Source: Candidatus Aenigmatarchaeota archaeon
GTDB taxonomy: Archaea > Aenigmatarchaeota > Aenigmatarchaeia > CG10238-14 > SpSt-28
Assembly: GCA_039000725.1 (NCBI GenBank)
Contig: JAWBNO010000001.1
Span: forward strand, 323,795-387,794
Direction: 5' to 3'
DNA length: 64,000 nucleotides
The notes below the pieces were generated by a model that saw nothing but the letters and a program-made list of their open reading frames with translations, did not search any database and was not told the DNA's origin. Below are positions 9,074-19,957 of this stretch, piece after piece (position 1 is the stretch's first letter; each line of letters starts with the position of its first letter). A program made the position numbers and the translations under genes.

Positions 9074-9098
9074 TAATTTTATTGAATTAATTTTTTTA

Positions 9099-9653
9099 AT
9101 GATATGTGCAAGATGTGGAAAAGAAACAAAAGATTTTTATGATAATCTTTGCTTAGATTGTTTTATTGAAAAAATGAAAAATATAGAAATCAATTTAAGA
9201 GTTTGTAAAAAATGTAATAGATTTTTTGTATCAAATAGAGGTTTCGAAGAAAAAGAAAGAGCAATAGATTATTATTTAAAAAAGTTTGTTTCTAAAAAAA
9301 TTTCATTAGAAATAGATAAAATTCCTATAGAAAAATTAGATGTTTTTGAAAAAGAGTTTATTTGTAATGAATGTAAGGAAAAATACTCTAGAAAAGTTGA
9401 AGCTATTTTACAAGTTAGAGGTGAAGAAAATTTGGTTGAAGAAATTTTTAGAAAATATTTAATTTTTGGTAAAAAAGTAGTTGGTGGATATGATATAGAT
9501 TTTTCTTCTAAGGAAGAACTAAAAAAGATATTTAAAGAAATTAAGAAAAAATATTTGTTTGAAGTTAAAATTTCTAGAAAATTGATTGGCATTAAGGGAG
9601 GAAAAAGAAAATATAAAGATACAGTTTTATTGAAATTATATGGCAAAAGATAA
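9099..9653 (+). CDS. NMD3-like zinc-ribbon protein (short)
   Basis: MICARCGKE...LCLDCF...CKKCNRFF...CNECKEKYSRKVEAILQVRG. The ORF-track start at 8607 runs antisense through the GT2 gene, so I trimmed the start to the ATG at 9099. Confidence 0.6.
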   Translation: MICARCGKETKDFYDNLCLDCFIEKMKNIEINLRVCKKCNRFFVSNRGFEEKERAIDYYLKKFVSKKISLEIDKIPIEKLDVFEKEFICNECKEKYSRKVEAILQVRGEENLVEEIFRKYLIFGKKVVGGYDIDFSSKEELKKIFKEIKKKYLFEVKISRKLIGIKGGKRKYKDTVLLKLYGKR

Positions 9654-9960
9654 AGAAATAAGCGAAGAAGAGTTGGAAATTTCTAGAATTAAGATTCCTA
9701 AGGAGGGGGAAGTTTTAGGAATTGTTGAGATGATGTTGGGTGGAGATAGAATGAAAGTTATTTGTGATGATGGTAAAGAAAGAATTTGTAGAATTCCTGG
9801 TAAGTTGAGAAAAAGAGTTTGGATTAGAGAAGGAGATTTAATATTAGTTGAACCATGGAAAATTCAAGGAGATAAAAGAGGAGATGTTGTTTTTAGGTAT
9901 ACTCCTACTCAAGCAAATTGGTTGAAGAAAAATGGATACATAAAGAGCTTACAGGTATAA
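9640..9960 (+). CDS. eif1a: Translation initiation factor aIF-1A
   Basis: GEVLGIVEMMLGGDRMKVICDDGKERICRIPGKLRKRVWIREGDLILVEPW. Confidence 0.9.
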   Translation: MAKDKEISEEELEISRIKIPKEGEVLGIVEMMLGGDRMKVICDDGKERICRIPGKLRKRVWIREGDLILVEPWKIQGDKRGDVVFRYTPTQANWLKKNGYIKSLQV

Positions 9961-9964
9961 TCTT

Positions 9965-10669
9965 ATGAAAGATTTCTTTTCTGAAAAGAAAGTTGAAGCA
10001 AAGGTTTATGATCAGAGAACCTTGCTTTCAATCTATAAGCTTTTAAAAAAAGGAATAATAAAAAAACTTGAATCAACTGTAAAAGAAGGAAAAGAAAGTG
10101 TTATTGTTTCTGCAAAAGATAAAAATGATAGATGGCTTGCCTTAAAAATTTATAGGGTTGAGCATTGCGATTTCAAAACTATGTGGAAATATTTGGTTTC
10201 TGATTTTAGATTTGAAAGAGTAAGAAAGAGTAAATGGCATGTTGTATTAAACTGGGCTAAAAGAGAATTTAAAAATATGAAGATAGCTTTTGAAAATAGA
10301 GTCAATTGTCCAGAACCAATAGCTATTTACAATAATGTTTTGGTTATGTCCTTTATTGGTGAAAACGGAATACCTGCTCCAACTTTAGAGCAAGCAAAAA
10401 ATGAAGATTTAGATTGGGGTGTTTTATATAAACAAATTATAGAAGAAATAAGAAAAATGGTTAATGCAGATTTGATTCACTCTGATTTAAGTTCTTACAA
10501 TATTTTGGTTTACGACAAAGCTTACATAATTGATTTTAGTCATGCTGTAACAAAGAGGCATCCATTATCATTTGAATTTTTAAAGCGAGACGTAGAAAAC
10601 ATTAATGATTTTTTTAAGAAAAAAGGGGTTGAAGTTGATGAAAATTTTGTTGAAAGCTTAAGGTGGTAA
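9965..10669 (+). CDS. RIO-type serine protein kinase (Rio1-like)
   Basis: GKESVIVSAKD...LALKIYR and LIHSDLSSYNILV...IIDFSHAV. It sits in the conserved aIF1A-Rio-KH gene order. Confidence 0.85.
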   Translation: MKDFFSEKKVEAKVYDQRTLLSIYKLLKKGIIKKLESTVKEGKESVIVSAKDKNDRWLALKIYRVEHCDFKTMWKYLVSDFRFERVRKSKWHVVLNWAKREFKNMKIAFENRVNCPEPIAIYNNVLVMSFIGENGIPAPTLEQAKNEDLDWGVLYKQIIEEIRKMVNADLIHSDLSSYNILVYDKAYIIDFSHAVTKRHPLSFEFLKRDVENINDFFKKKGVEVDENFVESLRW

Positions 10670-10670
10670 A

Positions 10671-11168
10671 ATGATAGAGTATATAGTTTTGCCAGAGGAA
10701 AGAGCTAAGATAATAAAAAATAGAAAAGAATGGATAGAAAAAATAGAAAGTTTAAGTAATTGTAAGATTGAATTGGATGAACAAGAGGTAAAAATAGAAG
10801 GAGAAGATCATTTTTCAGTTTTAAGAACTAAAGAAGTTTTTAGAGCATTAGGAAGAGGATTTGATTTGAATGACGCTCTACTTTTATTAGATCAAGATTA
10901 TTATTTGGATGTGATAGATTTAAAAGATTGGGGAAAAACTAGAGAGAGAAGAGTTCAGCTAAAAGGAAGAGTTATAGGAAAAAAAGGTTCTTTTAAAAAA
11001 ATGTTAGAAGAAAAAACTGGTACGAAAATTATAGTTGAGGGAAAAACAATTTCCATATTAGGAAAATGGGAAGGAGTTAATCTAGCAAGAAGAGCTATAG
11101 AAATGTTACTAGAAGGAAGAATGCATACTACTGTTCAAAAATTTTTAGAAAGAGAACTATTGAAATAA
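10671..11168 (+). CDS. KH-domain RNA-binding protein (Dim2/Pno1-like)
   Basis: VIGKKGSFKKMLEEKTGTKIIVEG (GxxG KH loop). It lies downstream of the Rio kinase. Confidence 0.75.
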   Translation: MIEYIVLPEERAKIIKNRKEWIEKIESLSNCKIELDEQEVKIEGEDHFSVLRTKEVFRALGRGFDLNDALLLLDQDYYLDVIDLKDWGKTRERRVQLKGRVIGKKGSFKKMLEEKTGTKIIVEGKTISILGKWEGVNLARRAIEMLLEGRMHTTVQKFLERELLK

Positions 11169-11209
11169 AATTTTTTAATATAAGATTACAAAATTTAAAT
11201 CTGGTAAAT

Positions 11210-12802
11210 ATGGAAGAAGAAAAAAGTATAGCAGAAGAAATGGGTGAAAAAATAAAGGAAATAAGTATTGCCGAATTTTTTGAAAAAAACAGACATTTGT
11301 TAGGTTATGAAAATCCGACAAAAAGTTTACTTACTGTTGTTAAAGAGCTAGTTGATAATAGCTTAGATGCTTGTTTAGAAGCAAGGATTTTACCAACTAT
11401 AAAAGTTCTGGTTAAAGAAGTTAAGGAAAACGTTTTTAGAGTTGTTGTTGAAGATAATGGCCCTGGGCTGCCACCAGAAAAAATACCTTTAGCTTTTGGT
11501 AAATTTTTAGTTGGAAGTAAATTTATGCGTTTAAGGCAAAATGTTGGAACTCAAGGTATTGGAGCAAAAGGAGCAATACTTTATGCTCAATTGACAACTG
11601 GAAAGCCAGCAAAAATAACAACATACTTTAAGGGAAAAAAACATGAATTTGAACTTACTATAGATGTAATAAGAAATGAGCCAAAGGTAATTTCTAAAAA
11701 AGAAGAGCCAATAGAAAAAAATTTGCATGGATTAAAAGTAGAGCTTTTAGTTGAAGGTAGATATATAGAAAAAGGACAATCAATACCAACATACTTAAGA
11801 TACATATGGATTGCAAACCCATTTACAAAAATAGTTTATGATGGACCAAATTCTAATTTTGTTTTAGAAAGAGTATTTAATGAATTACCAAAGGAACCAA
11901 AAGAGATTAAACCACATCCATATGGAGTAGAATTAGGTAGATTAAAAAGGATGGCTCATTTAACAAATAGTAGAAGTTTAATAGGATTTTTGGTTAATGA
12001 TTTTTCTAGAGTAGGAAAAGATTCTGCTGAAAAAATTTGTAAGCTTGCTAAAGTAGATCCAAATAAAAAACCAAGCGATTTAACGGATGAAGAAATTGAG
12101 AGATTGCACAAAGCAATGCAAAATATTAAACTTATGTCTCCACCCACAGATTGTCTATCTCCACTTAAAGAAGAATATTTAATAGAAAGTTTAAAAAAAG
12201 AATTTGAGCCAGAATTTGTCACCGCTGTTATTAGAAAACCTAGTGTATATAGAGGATATCCGTTTCAAGTTCAAGTTGGATTAGCTTATGGTGGAAAAAT
12301 TAGTGAAATTAGTCAAGAAACAATTTTGCTTAGGTTCGCAAATCATACTCCTTTATTATATAACCAATCTGATTGTGCTATTACCAGAGCAGTAGAAGAA
12401 GTTGATTGGGGTAATTATAGATTACCTAGCAACTCAAAAGGTTTACCGCCAGCACCATTAATAATTTTAGTTGATTTAATATCTGTTTGGATACCTTATA
12501 AGAGCGAAGGTAAACAAGCTATTGCAGAATATCCAGAAATAATAAAAGAAGTTAAGCTTGCTTTACAAGAAGCAGGAAGAAGACTTTCCACATATTTGCA
12601 TAAAAAGTTTGTTAGAGAGCAATTAGCAATGAGAGCAAATATTTTTGAAGCTTATTCTGAGATATTTTCTGAATTTGTTTCAGATTTAACTGGAAAACCA
12701 AAAGATTATATTAAACAAAAAATTTTAGAATTGATAAGAAAGGGAGAATATAAAGAGGGTGAAGAAAAAAAGATGAAAGAAGAAGTTATAGAGGTGAAGT
12801 AG
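11210..12802 (+). CDS. top6B: DNA topoisomerase VI subunit B
   Basis: ISIAEFFEKNRHLLGYENP...ELVDNSLDA (Bergerat fold) followed by EDNGPG. Confidence 0.9.
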   Translation: MEEEKSIAEEMGEKIKEISIAEFFEKNRHLLGYENPTKSLLTVVKELVDNSLDACLEARILPTIKVLVKEVKENVFRVVVEDNGPGLPPEKIPLAFGKFLVGSKFMRLRQNVGTQGIGAKGAILYAQLTTGKPAKITTYFKGKKHEFELTIDVIRNEPKVISKKEEPIEKNLHGLKVELLVEGRYIEKGQSIPTYLRYIWIANPFTKIVYDGPNSNFVLERVFNELPKEPKEIKPHPYGVELGRLKRMAHLTNSRSLIGFLVNDFSRVGKDSAEKICKLAKVDPNKKPSDLTDEEIERLHKAMQNIKLMSPPTDCLSPLKEEYLIESLKKEFEPEFVTAVIRKPSVYRGYPFQVQVGLAYGGKISEISQETILLRFANHTPLLYNQSDCAITRAVEEVDWGNYRLPSNSKGLPPAPLIILVDLISVWIPYKSEGKQAIAEYPEIIKEVKLALQEAGRRLSTYLHKKFVREQLAMRANIFEAYSEIFSEFVSDLTGKPKDYIKQKILELIRKGEYKEGEEKKMKEEVIEVK

Positions 12803-12803
12803 T

Positions 12804-13904
12804 ATGTTGTATATAAAACCCAAACAAAAAGGTGAGATATTAAAAACACTTAAAGAATTTGGTGAAAGTTTACTTAAAGATATAGAAGAAAAAAGGAATC
12901 CTTCCGTAGAAATACCTGTTAGAACTCTAAGAAACATAAGATTTGATCCTAAGGAAAGAAAAATATTTCTAGGTGGTTATGTTTCTAGGAGATACTTTTT
13001 ACATTTGGGTGAGACTAGAAAGTTTACTCAGCTAACTGGAGTAGCAAGCTTATCTAAAAAGTTAATTGAAGAAAACAAACATGTTAGCTTAAGAGAAGCA
13101 TACTACATTTTAAAAAGAACAATACCTGGCTTGAAAAAAAATGTAGTTGATGAGCAAGAAGAATCTAATAGAGCAGTAGAAGATTTAGAATTGATTATAA
13201 ATGCTTTAAGAGAGCAATTACATATAAATGCAAACAAATTGGGTGCTGTAGCTGGTAATGTTATAATAAAAGATAGGGGGGATTTAATTGATTGGTCTAA
13301 GCTAGGTTCTGGTGGTTGGTCAGTTCCTAGTAATGTTGAGGATATAGAATTTGTAAAGGTTGATGCTAAATTTGTTATTTATGTAGAAAAATCTGCGGTT
13401 TGGGAAAGATTACATGAAGATAAAGTTTGGAAGAAATTAAATTGTATAATAGTAGCTTCACAAGGCCAAGCTACAAGAGGAATTAGAAGATTGTTACAAA
13501 GAATGAATTATGAGTTAAAACTACCAATTTATGTTTTAACAGATTTTGACCCATGGGGAATATATATTTATTCTGTAATAAAATTCGGTTCTATAGCTTT
13601 GGCTCATATTAGTGATAGATTAGCAATACCACAAGCAAAGTTTTTAGGTTTAACCGGGGATGATATTAAGAAATATGGTTTAGAGAAACACCTAATTAAA
13701 TTTAAAGAAATAGATGAAAGAAGATTGCAGCAAATTAGAGAGTATGAATGGTTTAAACATAGTAAAGAATGGCAAAGGCAATTTGATATAATGAAAAAAA
13801 TGGGAGCTAAAGCGGAATTAGAAGCATTGGCGGCTAGAGGCATAACATTCATTAGCGAGAAATATTTGCCAGAAAAAATAGAAAATAAGGAATTCTTAGA
13901 TTAG
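12804..13904 (+). CDS. top6A: DNA topoisomerase VI subunit A (Spo11-like)
   Basis: Immediately follows top6B. It has an SLREAYY catalytic-Tyr region and a Toprim segment YVLTDFDPWG. Confidence 0.9.
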   Translation: MLYIKPKQKGEILKTLKEFGESLLKDIEEKRNPSVEIPVRTLRNIRFDPKERKIFLGGYVSRRYFLHLGETRKFTQLTGVASLSKKLIEENKHVSLREAYYILKRTIPGLKKNVVDEQEESNRAVEDLELIINALREQLHINANKLGAVAGNVIIKDRGDLIDWSKLGSGGWSVPSNVEDIEFVKVDAKFVIYVEKSAVWERLHEDKVWKKLNCIIVASQGQATRGIRRLLQRMNYELKLPIYVLTDFDPWGIYIYSVIKFGSIALAHISDRLAIPQAKFLGLTGDDIKKYGLEKHLIKFKEIDERRLQQIREYEWFKHSKEWQRQFDIMKKMGAKAELEALAARGITFISEKYLPEKIENKEFLD

Positions 13905-13932
13905 CTTTTCTATTTTAATTTTAATTTTTTTT

Positions 13933-14937
13933 ATGAAGGAAGCTCAATTGTATAAAAAATTAAATGATAAAGTTCAATGTCTGGCTTGCAGAAGAAAATG
14001 TATTTTGGAAAACAATCAGATTGGTTTTTGTGGGGTTAGAAAAAACATTAAAGGTAAACTCTATCTTCTAGTCCATTCATTACCAAACGCTATTAATATT
14101 GATCCAATTGAAAAAAAACCTTTGTTTCATTTTTACCCATCTAGTTTAGCTTTATCCATAGGAACTCAAGGTTGTAATTTTGCTTGTCAATTTTGTCAAA
14201 ACTATGACTTAAGTCAAAGAAGAGAAATTATAGGAACAAAAATATTACCAAATGATTTAGTAAAAATGGCTTTGGATTATGGCGCTAAAAGCATTAGTTA
14301 TACTTATAATGAACCCACAATATTTATAGAATTTGCATATGATGTTGGTAAAGTTGCAAGGAAGAAAAACTTAAAGAATACTTTTGTTACAAACGGATAC
14401 CAAACAGAAGAAAGTATAAATTTAATGAAAAAATTTATTGATGCTGTTACAGTTGATTTTAAAGGAAATGGCAATCCAGATTTTTATTTAAAGTATATGA
14501 GTGTTCCTAAGGAAGAAGAAATTTATGAAACTCTTAAATTAATGAAAGAAGCAAAGTTTCATATAGAAATAACAGATTTAATTATACCTAAAATTGGTGA
14601 TAATTTAGAAGATTGTAAAAAATTGTGTAGTTGGATTTTAGAAAATTTGGGCGAAGAGACTCCAATTCATTTTTTAAGATTTTTCCCAAACTATTTATTA
14701 AACTATTTGCCACCAACTCCTATAGAAATTTTAGAAAAACATGCAGAAATAGCTAAAAAGGAGGGTTTAAAATTCGTTTATATCGGAAATGTACCTGGTC
14801 ATAAGTTAGAAAATACTTATTGTCCATATTGTGGAAAAGAGGTTATAAAAAGGTATGGTATTGAGGTTTTGGAAATAAATTTAGATAAAAATAAATGTAA
14901 ATATTGTGGAAAAAGATTGCCAATTATTGTTGAATAA
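13933..14937 (+). CDS. AmmeMemoRadiSam-system radical SAM enzyme (PFL-activase-like)
   Basis: CNFACQFCQN cluster with N- and C-terminal Cys pairs. Confidence 0.75.
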   Translation: MKEAQLYKKLNDKVQCLACRRKCILENNQIGFCGVRKNIKGKLYLLVHSLPNAINIDPIEKKPLFHFYPSSLALSIGTQGCNFACQFCQNYDLSQRREIIGTKILPNDLVKMALDYGAKSISYTYNEPTIFIEFAYDVGKVARKKNLKNTFVTNGYQTEESINLMKKFIDAVTVDFKGNGNPDFYLKYMSVPKEEEIYETLKLMKEAKFHIEITDLIIPKIGDNLEDCKKLCSWILENLGEETPIHFLRFFPNYLLNYLPPTPIEILEKHAEIAKKEGLKFVYIGNVPGHKLENTYCPYCGKEVIKRYGIEVLEINLDKNKCKYCGKRLPIIVE

Positions 14938-15345
14938 TTACTTAGCTGCAATGTGCTTACTTCCTCTAGAAGCACCTATACCTGGTGCAGAGTGTTCAAC
15001 TTTTTTAACAGTTATGGCAAATTCTCCTAATCTTCTACCAACCATTTCGGGTGTAATAGTTATAACTTTCCACTTTTCTGAATTATCTCCAGCTTTTGCA
15101 CCACCTCTATAAACAGCTATTTTTGCACCTATCATTTGTGGCAAAATAATCATATCTCTTAAATGTGTTTTATGAACCTTTTCAGGATTTTTTTCAATCT
15201 TTTTCAGCAACTTTTTATGCTCTTCTTTTAAACCTCTTTTTAGACTTCTTCTAATTCTAGCTGGAGCAATTTTAGCAAACTCTTCAATACTTATTTTTTT
15301 CAAATCTTCTAACTTTAAGCCCTTCCATCTAAACTCCTTTGCCAT
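14938..15345 (-). CDS. rps19p: Ribosomal protein S19 (uS19/S15e)
   Basis: [22 protein letters not shown]...[23 protein letters not shown]. Confidence 0.9.
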   Translation of the reverse strand: MAKEFRWKGLKLEDLKKISIEEFAKIAPARIRRSLKRGLKEEHKKLLKKIEKNPEKVHKTHLRDMIILPQMIGAKIAVYRGGAKAGDNSEKWKVITITPEMVGRRLGEFAITVKKVEHSAPGIGASRGSKHIAAK

Positions 15346-15393
15346 TTTATATTAGTTAGAAAAATTTCTTTTTAAGCTTTACTTATATATTAT

Positions 15394-15513
15394 ATGGCAA
15401 GAAATGAAATGCCAAAACCAGAAGGTATTTGTCCATATTGCGGAAAAGAAGTTTATAAGGATTTGAATAAACATTCTCTAATATGCAAACTAGAATCTAA
15501 AATTACTCACTAA
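15394..15513 (+). CDS. Possible small zinc-binding peptide (39 aa)
   Basis: My translation is MARNEMPKPEGICPYCGKEVYKDLNKHSLICKLESKITH. It lies in the only gap between rps19p and pcn and overlaps the pcn stop by 11 nt. Absent from the ORF track. Confidence 0.25.
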   Translation: MARNEMPKPEGICPYCGKEVYKDLNKHSLICKLESKITH

Positions 15514-16261
15514 CTCTCGGGGCCAAAATCATAGAAATTCTAGCTTTATTTTCGTATTTAAAATCTAATCTCATTGGATAATCTTGAGAAAAACTGATAG
15601 AAACTTCATCTGAAATTTTTTCAGCTTTCAGTACTTTTTCTATATAATCTATTGGATATTTTGCTTTACTTTCTTCATTAACGCTTAATTGAATTAAGCC
15701 TTCATCACCTTCTCTTAATTCTAATTCAGATTTACTTATATCACCTTCTGCTATAATTTGAAAAGAATCTTTATTAGCATAAAAAGTGACCGCATCAGTT
15801 ATAATTTCCGCGTCTTTAATTGCCTCTTTAACCAATTCTGGCTTTAATGTAACCTGAGCTTTAAATTCAAGCTGTTCTATTGGTGGTATTTCTTCTTTTG
15901 AGATCTCTAATAGAGGTACATAGAATTTTCTCTTTGTAGAGTTATATATTGTTATTCTTAATCTGTTTTCTTCAAGTTCTAGCGTTAACTTTTCTGATCC
16001 TTTTGCTCTTTTTAAAACAGACAAGAAATTAGTCATATTAACTCCAATTTCTTTTTCTTCTCTTATTTCATATTCCTCAAAACTATCTTTAGAAATGAAT
16101 ATATCTATAACGGCTATTAAAGCTCTATCTGCCGCTTTTAGACTTATTCCATCCTTTCCAAATTTAAATATCCCTTCATCTATTATTTCCGCAGCAGCTT
16201 CTACAGAAGTTATTATAACTTCAGGTTCATTAGTTGTAACTTTAAATGCAGCTTCCATCAT
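15503..16261 (-). CDS. pcn: DNA polymerase sliding clamp (PCNA)
   Basis: 252 aa with the typical PCNA N-terminus (FKVTTNEPEVIITSVEAAAEIIDEGIFKFGKDGISLKAADRA). Confidence 0.85.
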   Translation of the reverse strand: MMEAAFKVTTNEPEVIITSVEAAAEIIDEGIFKFGKDGISLKAADRALIAVIDIFISKDSFEEYEIREEKEIGVNMTNFLSVLKRAKGSEKLTLELEENRLRITIYNSTKRKFYVPLLEISKEEIPPIEQLEFKAQVTLKPELVKEAIKDAEIITDAVTFYANKDSFQIIAEGDISKSELELREGDEGLIQLSVNEESKAKYPIDYIEKVLKAEKISDEVSISFSQDYPMRLDFKYENKARISMILAPRVSE

Positions 16262-16267
16262 AATTAT

Positions 16268-16576
16268 TCATAACAAATTAAAATATAAATTTTCTATTTT
16301 TTTATAAAGATTTATATCAAAGCCTTCTAAAATTTGAAAAAAATCACAATACAATTCATCATCAATTTTTGTACAAAAGACTCTAATTAATGAATTACTA
16401 TTTAATTTTTTTATGTTTTCATCCGAAATAGAAAAATTTACTTTTACTTTACCAAAATCGTCTTTTAATATTAAGAAGTTTTCTTCAACTCTCTCAACCC
16501 AACCAATAATAGAAACTTTTAAATCTTCTTTCTTCAAACTTACTGTATTGACTGGTCTATAAAAGTCGAGATTCAT
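16268..16576 (-). CDS. OB-fold protein, function unknown
   Basis: VSIIGWVERVEENFLILKDDFGKVKV resembles an anticodon-type OB fold. It is co-oriented with pcn. Confidence 0.5.
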   Translation of the reverse strand: MNLDFYRPVNTVSLKKEDLKVSIIGWVERVEENFLILKDDFGKVKVNFSISDENIKKLNSNSLIRVFCTKIDDELYCDFFQILEGFDINLYKKIENLYFNLL

Positions 16577-16658
16577 ATTTTAGTTTCTATACTAAATTTT
16601 TATCTTTTTAAGTAAGTATGTGGGTATACATTTTTAAACCCTACTTAATTAAATATAA

Positions 16659-18320
16659 ATGGGTGATATTATGGCACAACAAGCATATGTTGCTCAAATA
16701 GGTGGGCAACCAGTTTTAATATTGCCAGAAGGAACTTTAAGATCTACTGGTAGAGATGCTCAAAGAAACAACATAGCTGCGGCAAAAGCAGTTGCAGATA
16801 TAGTAAGAACAACATTGGGACCAAAAGGAATGGATAAAATGTTAGTAGATTCTATTGGTGATATAACAATAACAAATGATGGTGTAACTATTCTAGAAGA
16901 AATGGAAGTAGAACATCCAGCTGCAAAAATGATGGTTGAGGTAGCAAAGACACAAAATGAAGAAGTTGGTGATGGGACAACAACTGCTGTAGTAATTGCT
17001 GGAGAACTTTTGAAAAGAGCAGAAGAATTGTTAGACCAAGAAATACATCCAACTGTTATAATAAAGGGTTATCAGTTGGCAAAAGAGGAAGCTCTAAGAG
17101 TTTTAGAAGAAATAGCAACCCCAATTAATTTGAATGATGAAGAAAGCTTGAAAAAAATTGCAATAACTGCAATGTCTGGTAAAACAGGAAAAGAGGCTGC
17201 ACCAAAGATAGCGGAGATTATTGTAAGAGCAGTTAAAATGGTTGTTGAAGAAAGAAATGGAAAGTTATATGTTAACAAAGATAATATAAAAAGAGTTAAG
17301 AAGCATGGAGCATCTGCTTTAGAAACAGAATTGATTAATGGAATAGTAATAGATAAGGAGTTTGTACATCCACAAATGCCAAAAGTTGTACATAATGCTA
17401 AAATTGCTTTATTAGATTGTCCATTAGAAATAGAAAAGACAGAAACTGATGCCCAGATTAGAATAACATCCCCAGAGCAACTACAGGCATTTTTACAACA
17501 AGAGCAAAGAATGTTAAAAGAAATGGTTGAAAAAATAGCTAAAACTGGTGCTAATGTTGTAATTACAGAAAAGGGTATAGATGATTTAGCACAACATTAC
17601 TTAGCTAAAAAAGGTATAGTTGCGTGCAGAAGGGTTAAAAGATCAGATTTAGAAGCTTTAGCGAAAGCTACTGGTGGAAGAATTGTTAGCAATCTAGAAG
17701 ATCTAACAGAGAAAGATTTAGGATTTGCTGAAGTTGTTGAAGAAAAGAAAATTGCTGGAGAAGCAATGACATTTGTAAGAGGATGTAAAAACCCAAAAGC
17801 AGTTACAATATTAGTTAGAGGTAGTACTGAGCATGTTGTTGATGAAATAGATAGAAATGTAGAGGATGGGATAGGTGCTGTAGTTTCTGCTTTAGAAAGT
17901 GGAAAAATTGTTCCTGGAGCTGGAGCTATTGAAGCAGAATTAGCAAGAAGAATAAGAGAATTTGCAGAAAGATTTTCAGGAAGAGAGCAATTAGCAATAC
18001 AAGAATTTGCAAATGCATTAGAAATTATCCCAAGAACTTTAGCTGAAAATGCAGGTTTAGATCCTATAGATATTTTAGTAGAATTAAGAGCAGCACACGA
18101 GCATGGAAAAACAAGTTATGGAATAGATGTTTTTGAGGGCAAAATTAAAGATGCACTAGAAATGGGTGTTATAGAACCATTAAAAGTAAAAACTCAAGCT
18201 ATTAAGTCTGCATCAGAAGCTGCAGAAATGATTTTAAGGATAGATGATGTAATAGCCGCAAGTAAAATAGGTAAAGAAAAAGAAGGTAAAAAGTCAGAAA
18301 AACCTGAAGAAGAGTACTAA
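16659..18320 (+). CDS. ths: Thermosome subunit (group II chaperonin)
   Basis: [40 protein letters not shown]. The true start may be the ATG at 16671. Confidence 0.95.
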   Translation: MGDIMAQQAYVAQIGGQPVLILPEGTLRSTGRDAQRNNIAAAKAVADIVRTTLGPKGMDKMLVDSIGDITITNDGVTILEEMEVEHPAAKMMVEVAKTQNEEVGDGTTTAVVIAGELLKRAEELLDQEIHPTVIIKGYQLAKEEALRVLEEIATPINLNDEESLKKIAITAMSGKTGKEAAPKIAEIIVRAVKMVVEERNGKLYVNKDNIKRVKKHGASALETELINGIVIDKEFVHPQMPKVVHNAKIALLDCPLEIEKTETDAQIRITSPEQLQAFLQQEQRMLKEMVEKIAKTGANVVITEKGIDDLAQHYLAKKGIVACRRVKRSDLEALAKATGGRIVSNLEDLTEKDLGFAEVVEEKKIAGEAMTFVRGCKNPKAVTILVRGSTEHVVDEIDRNVEDGIGAVVSALESGKIVPGAGAIEAELARRIREFAERFSGREQLAIQEFANALEIIPRTLAENAGLDPIDILVELRAAHEHGKTSYGIDVFEGKIKDALEMGVIEPLKVKTQAIKSASEAAEMILRIDDVIAASKIGKEKEGKKSEKPEEEY

Positions 18321-18368
18321 TACTCCCCCTTTTTAATATTTTTATTTTTTGAATATAGAAAATATTCT

Positions 18369-18833
18369 ATGGAAGAAAATAGTAAAAATGAAGAATTTGA
18401 GCTAATTCCTGTAACTCCTCTTAGAAGGCTAGAAAAAAGAATAGATGAGTTAGAAAAAAAGTTTGGCACTGGAAATATTGAATTATATAGAGAAATAGTT
18501 AGTATAGTTAGAATGAATCAAGAAATAGTTGATGCTTTGATTAAGGCTAATGATGCACTAAGAATAGAACTTTCTAAACTTCCAATTAAAATAGAAGAAC
18601 TAACAAAAAAGATAGAAGAGTTAATAGATTTAATAAGAGCGGCTGGTGAAGAAGAAGAAAAAAGTTTAGAGATGAAACCATTAATAGATAAAATTGAAAA
18701 GTTAGCAGAAATAAATAATAAAATTTTAGAAACAAATGAAAGTTTATTATCACTAATGGAAGAAGTTTCTAAGAAATTAAGTAAACCACAATTACCACCT
18801 CAAATACCTAGACCACCCTTACCTGTTAAATAG
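18369..18833 (+). CDS. Coiled-coil protein with proline-rich tail, function unknown
   Basis: 154-aa ORF, heptad-rich, ending in PQLPPQIPRPPLPVK. It lies directly upstream of pilus locus 1. Confidence 0.5.
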   Translation: MEENSKNEEFELIPVTPLRRLEKRIDELEKKFGTGNIELYREIVSIVRMNQEIVDALIKANDALRIELSKLPIKIEELTKKIEELIDLIRAAGEEEEKSLEMKPLIDKIEKLAEINNKILETNESLLSLMEEVSKKLSKPQLPPQIPRPPLPVK

Positions 18834-18842
18834 GTATAAAAG

Positions 18843-19472
18843 ATGAGACTAGTTTCAGAAATAATTTCTGTAGTTTTAATTTTGATTATTTCATTAAGTT
18901 TAGTTTCTTTAATTATAATGTATGGATATCCCATGATAACTAAAGCACAAGATAAAGGAGCTTTAGAAAGAATAATCACACTTTTTTCTCCAGAATATAC
19001 AAATTCAATTGTTAAGAAAATGGAACAAGTGTCTAAGTTTGGTGGCTCCACAACAATAAATTTAGAAATTCGCGGAGCATGGGAGGTTGTTGGGTTTAAT
19101 GCAGAATCTGAAATGAATAATTCTCTATCGTATACTTTTATTTCAAAAGTAACTAATGTAAACTCAAATCGCTATATATCTCTTTCTAAAGGAGAAAGCT
19201 GCCCACCAGGTGATGGAATAATTGGAATAAACTCTCCTTTTGTTGTCTGTTTTAAGGGCGAGCCATCTTCTACAGGCTTTATAATTAAATATACAATTTT
19301 TGCAAGAAATTTGACTTCTGATGATCAAACCTATGTGGTGAGGTTAAAACCAAAAACTGGAGATACGGCACGAAGCACATCAACATCTATAAGGATAGAA
19401 AGAACCAACTTGGAATCATTTTATGAAGATGGTAAAAAAATTATTATAGCCACATTAGAAGTAATTTTATGA
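18843..19472 (+). CDS. Archaeal type IV pilin-like protein (Pilin_N-type N-terminus)
   Basis: N-terminus MRLVSEIISVVLILIISLSLVSLI resembles the archaeal pilin/archaellin N-terminal hydrophobic domain. Confidence 0.55.
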   Translation: MRLVSEIISVVLILIISLSLVSLIIMYGYPMITKAQDKGALERIITLFSPEYTNSIVKKMEQVSKFGGSTTINLEIRGAWEVVGFNAESEMNNSLSYTFISKVTNVNSNRYISLSKGESCPPGDGIIGINSPFVVCFKGEPSSTGFIIKYTIFARNLTSDDQTYVVRLKPKTGDTARSTSTSIRIERTNLESFYEDGKKIIIATLEVIL

Positions 19473-19918
19473 AATTACAATCATACATATTACAATATAT
19501 AATATTTTTTGTTATAGGTTTGGCTCTTTTTTCCACTATTTTATCATTCTTTTCATCTATTGTTTCTTCCACAGGACAAATAACAAAGAATTCGGTAAAA
19601 GAGGTAATCACAAACAATCTTTTAATAAACATATTGGATATAGTCGTTGGCTGTAATTATTGTAATTATTCAAAGACATACACCTATTTACCAACAAAAA
19701 TTCAAGATAGTTTTTATGAGATTGTAGTTGACAATATAGATTTTAATAATATTGAGTTCTATTTCAGAATTTTAGACTATTCAGAAAAAACACCCATAAA
19801 TTTAAATAACTTAAACTACACGTATCAGTTTTTACTAAATATAGATCCAAAAAATCTACCAAAAGTAGGTATTATATATTTTTCATCAAACAAAACTCTA
19901 TATACTATAGATAATTAG
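19469..19918 (+). CDS. Membrane-anchored hypothetical protein of pilus locus 1
   Basis: Single N-terminal TM helix. Translationally coupled to its neighbours. Confidence 0.5.
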   Translation: MKLQSYILQYIIFFVIGLALFSTILSFFSSIVSSTGQITKNSVKEVITNNLLINILDIVVGCNYCNYSKTYTYLPTKIQDSFYEIVVDNIDFNNIEFYFRILDYSEKTPINLNNLNYTYQFLLNIDPKNLPKVGIIYFSSNKTLYTIDN

Positions 19919-19957
19919 TTTTAAATTACAAATATCAAATTATAAAATTGGAATATT

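Noticed and set aside
8607-9098. N-terminal 164 codons of the 348-aa ORF at 8607-9653
   Set aside because: This part runs antisense through the GT2 glycosyltransferase gene and has a low-complexity F/L/S-rich translation. The recognisable NMD3-like protein starts at the ATG at 9099.
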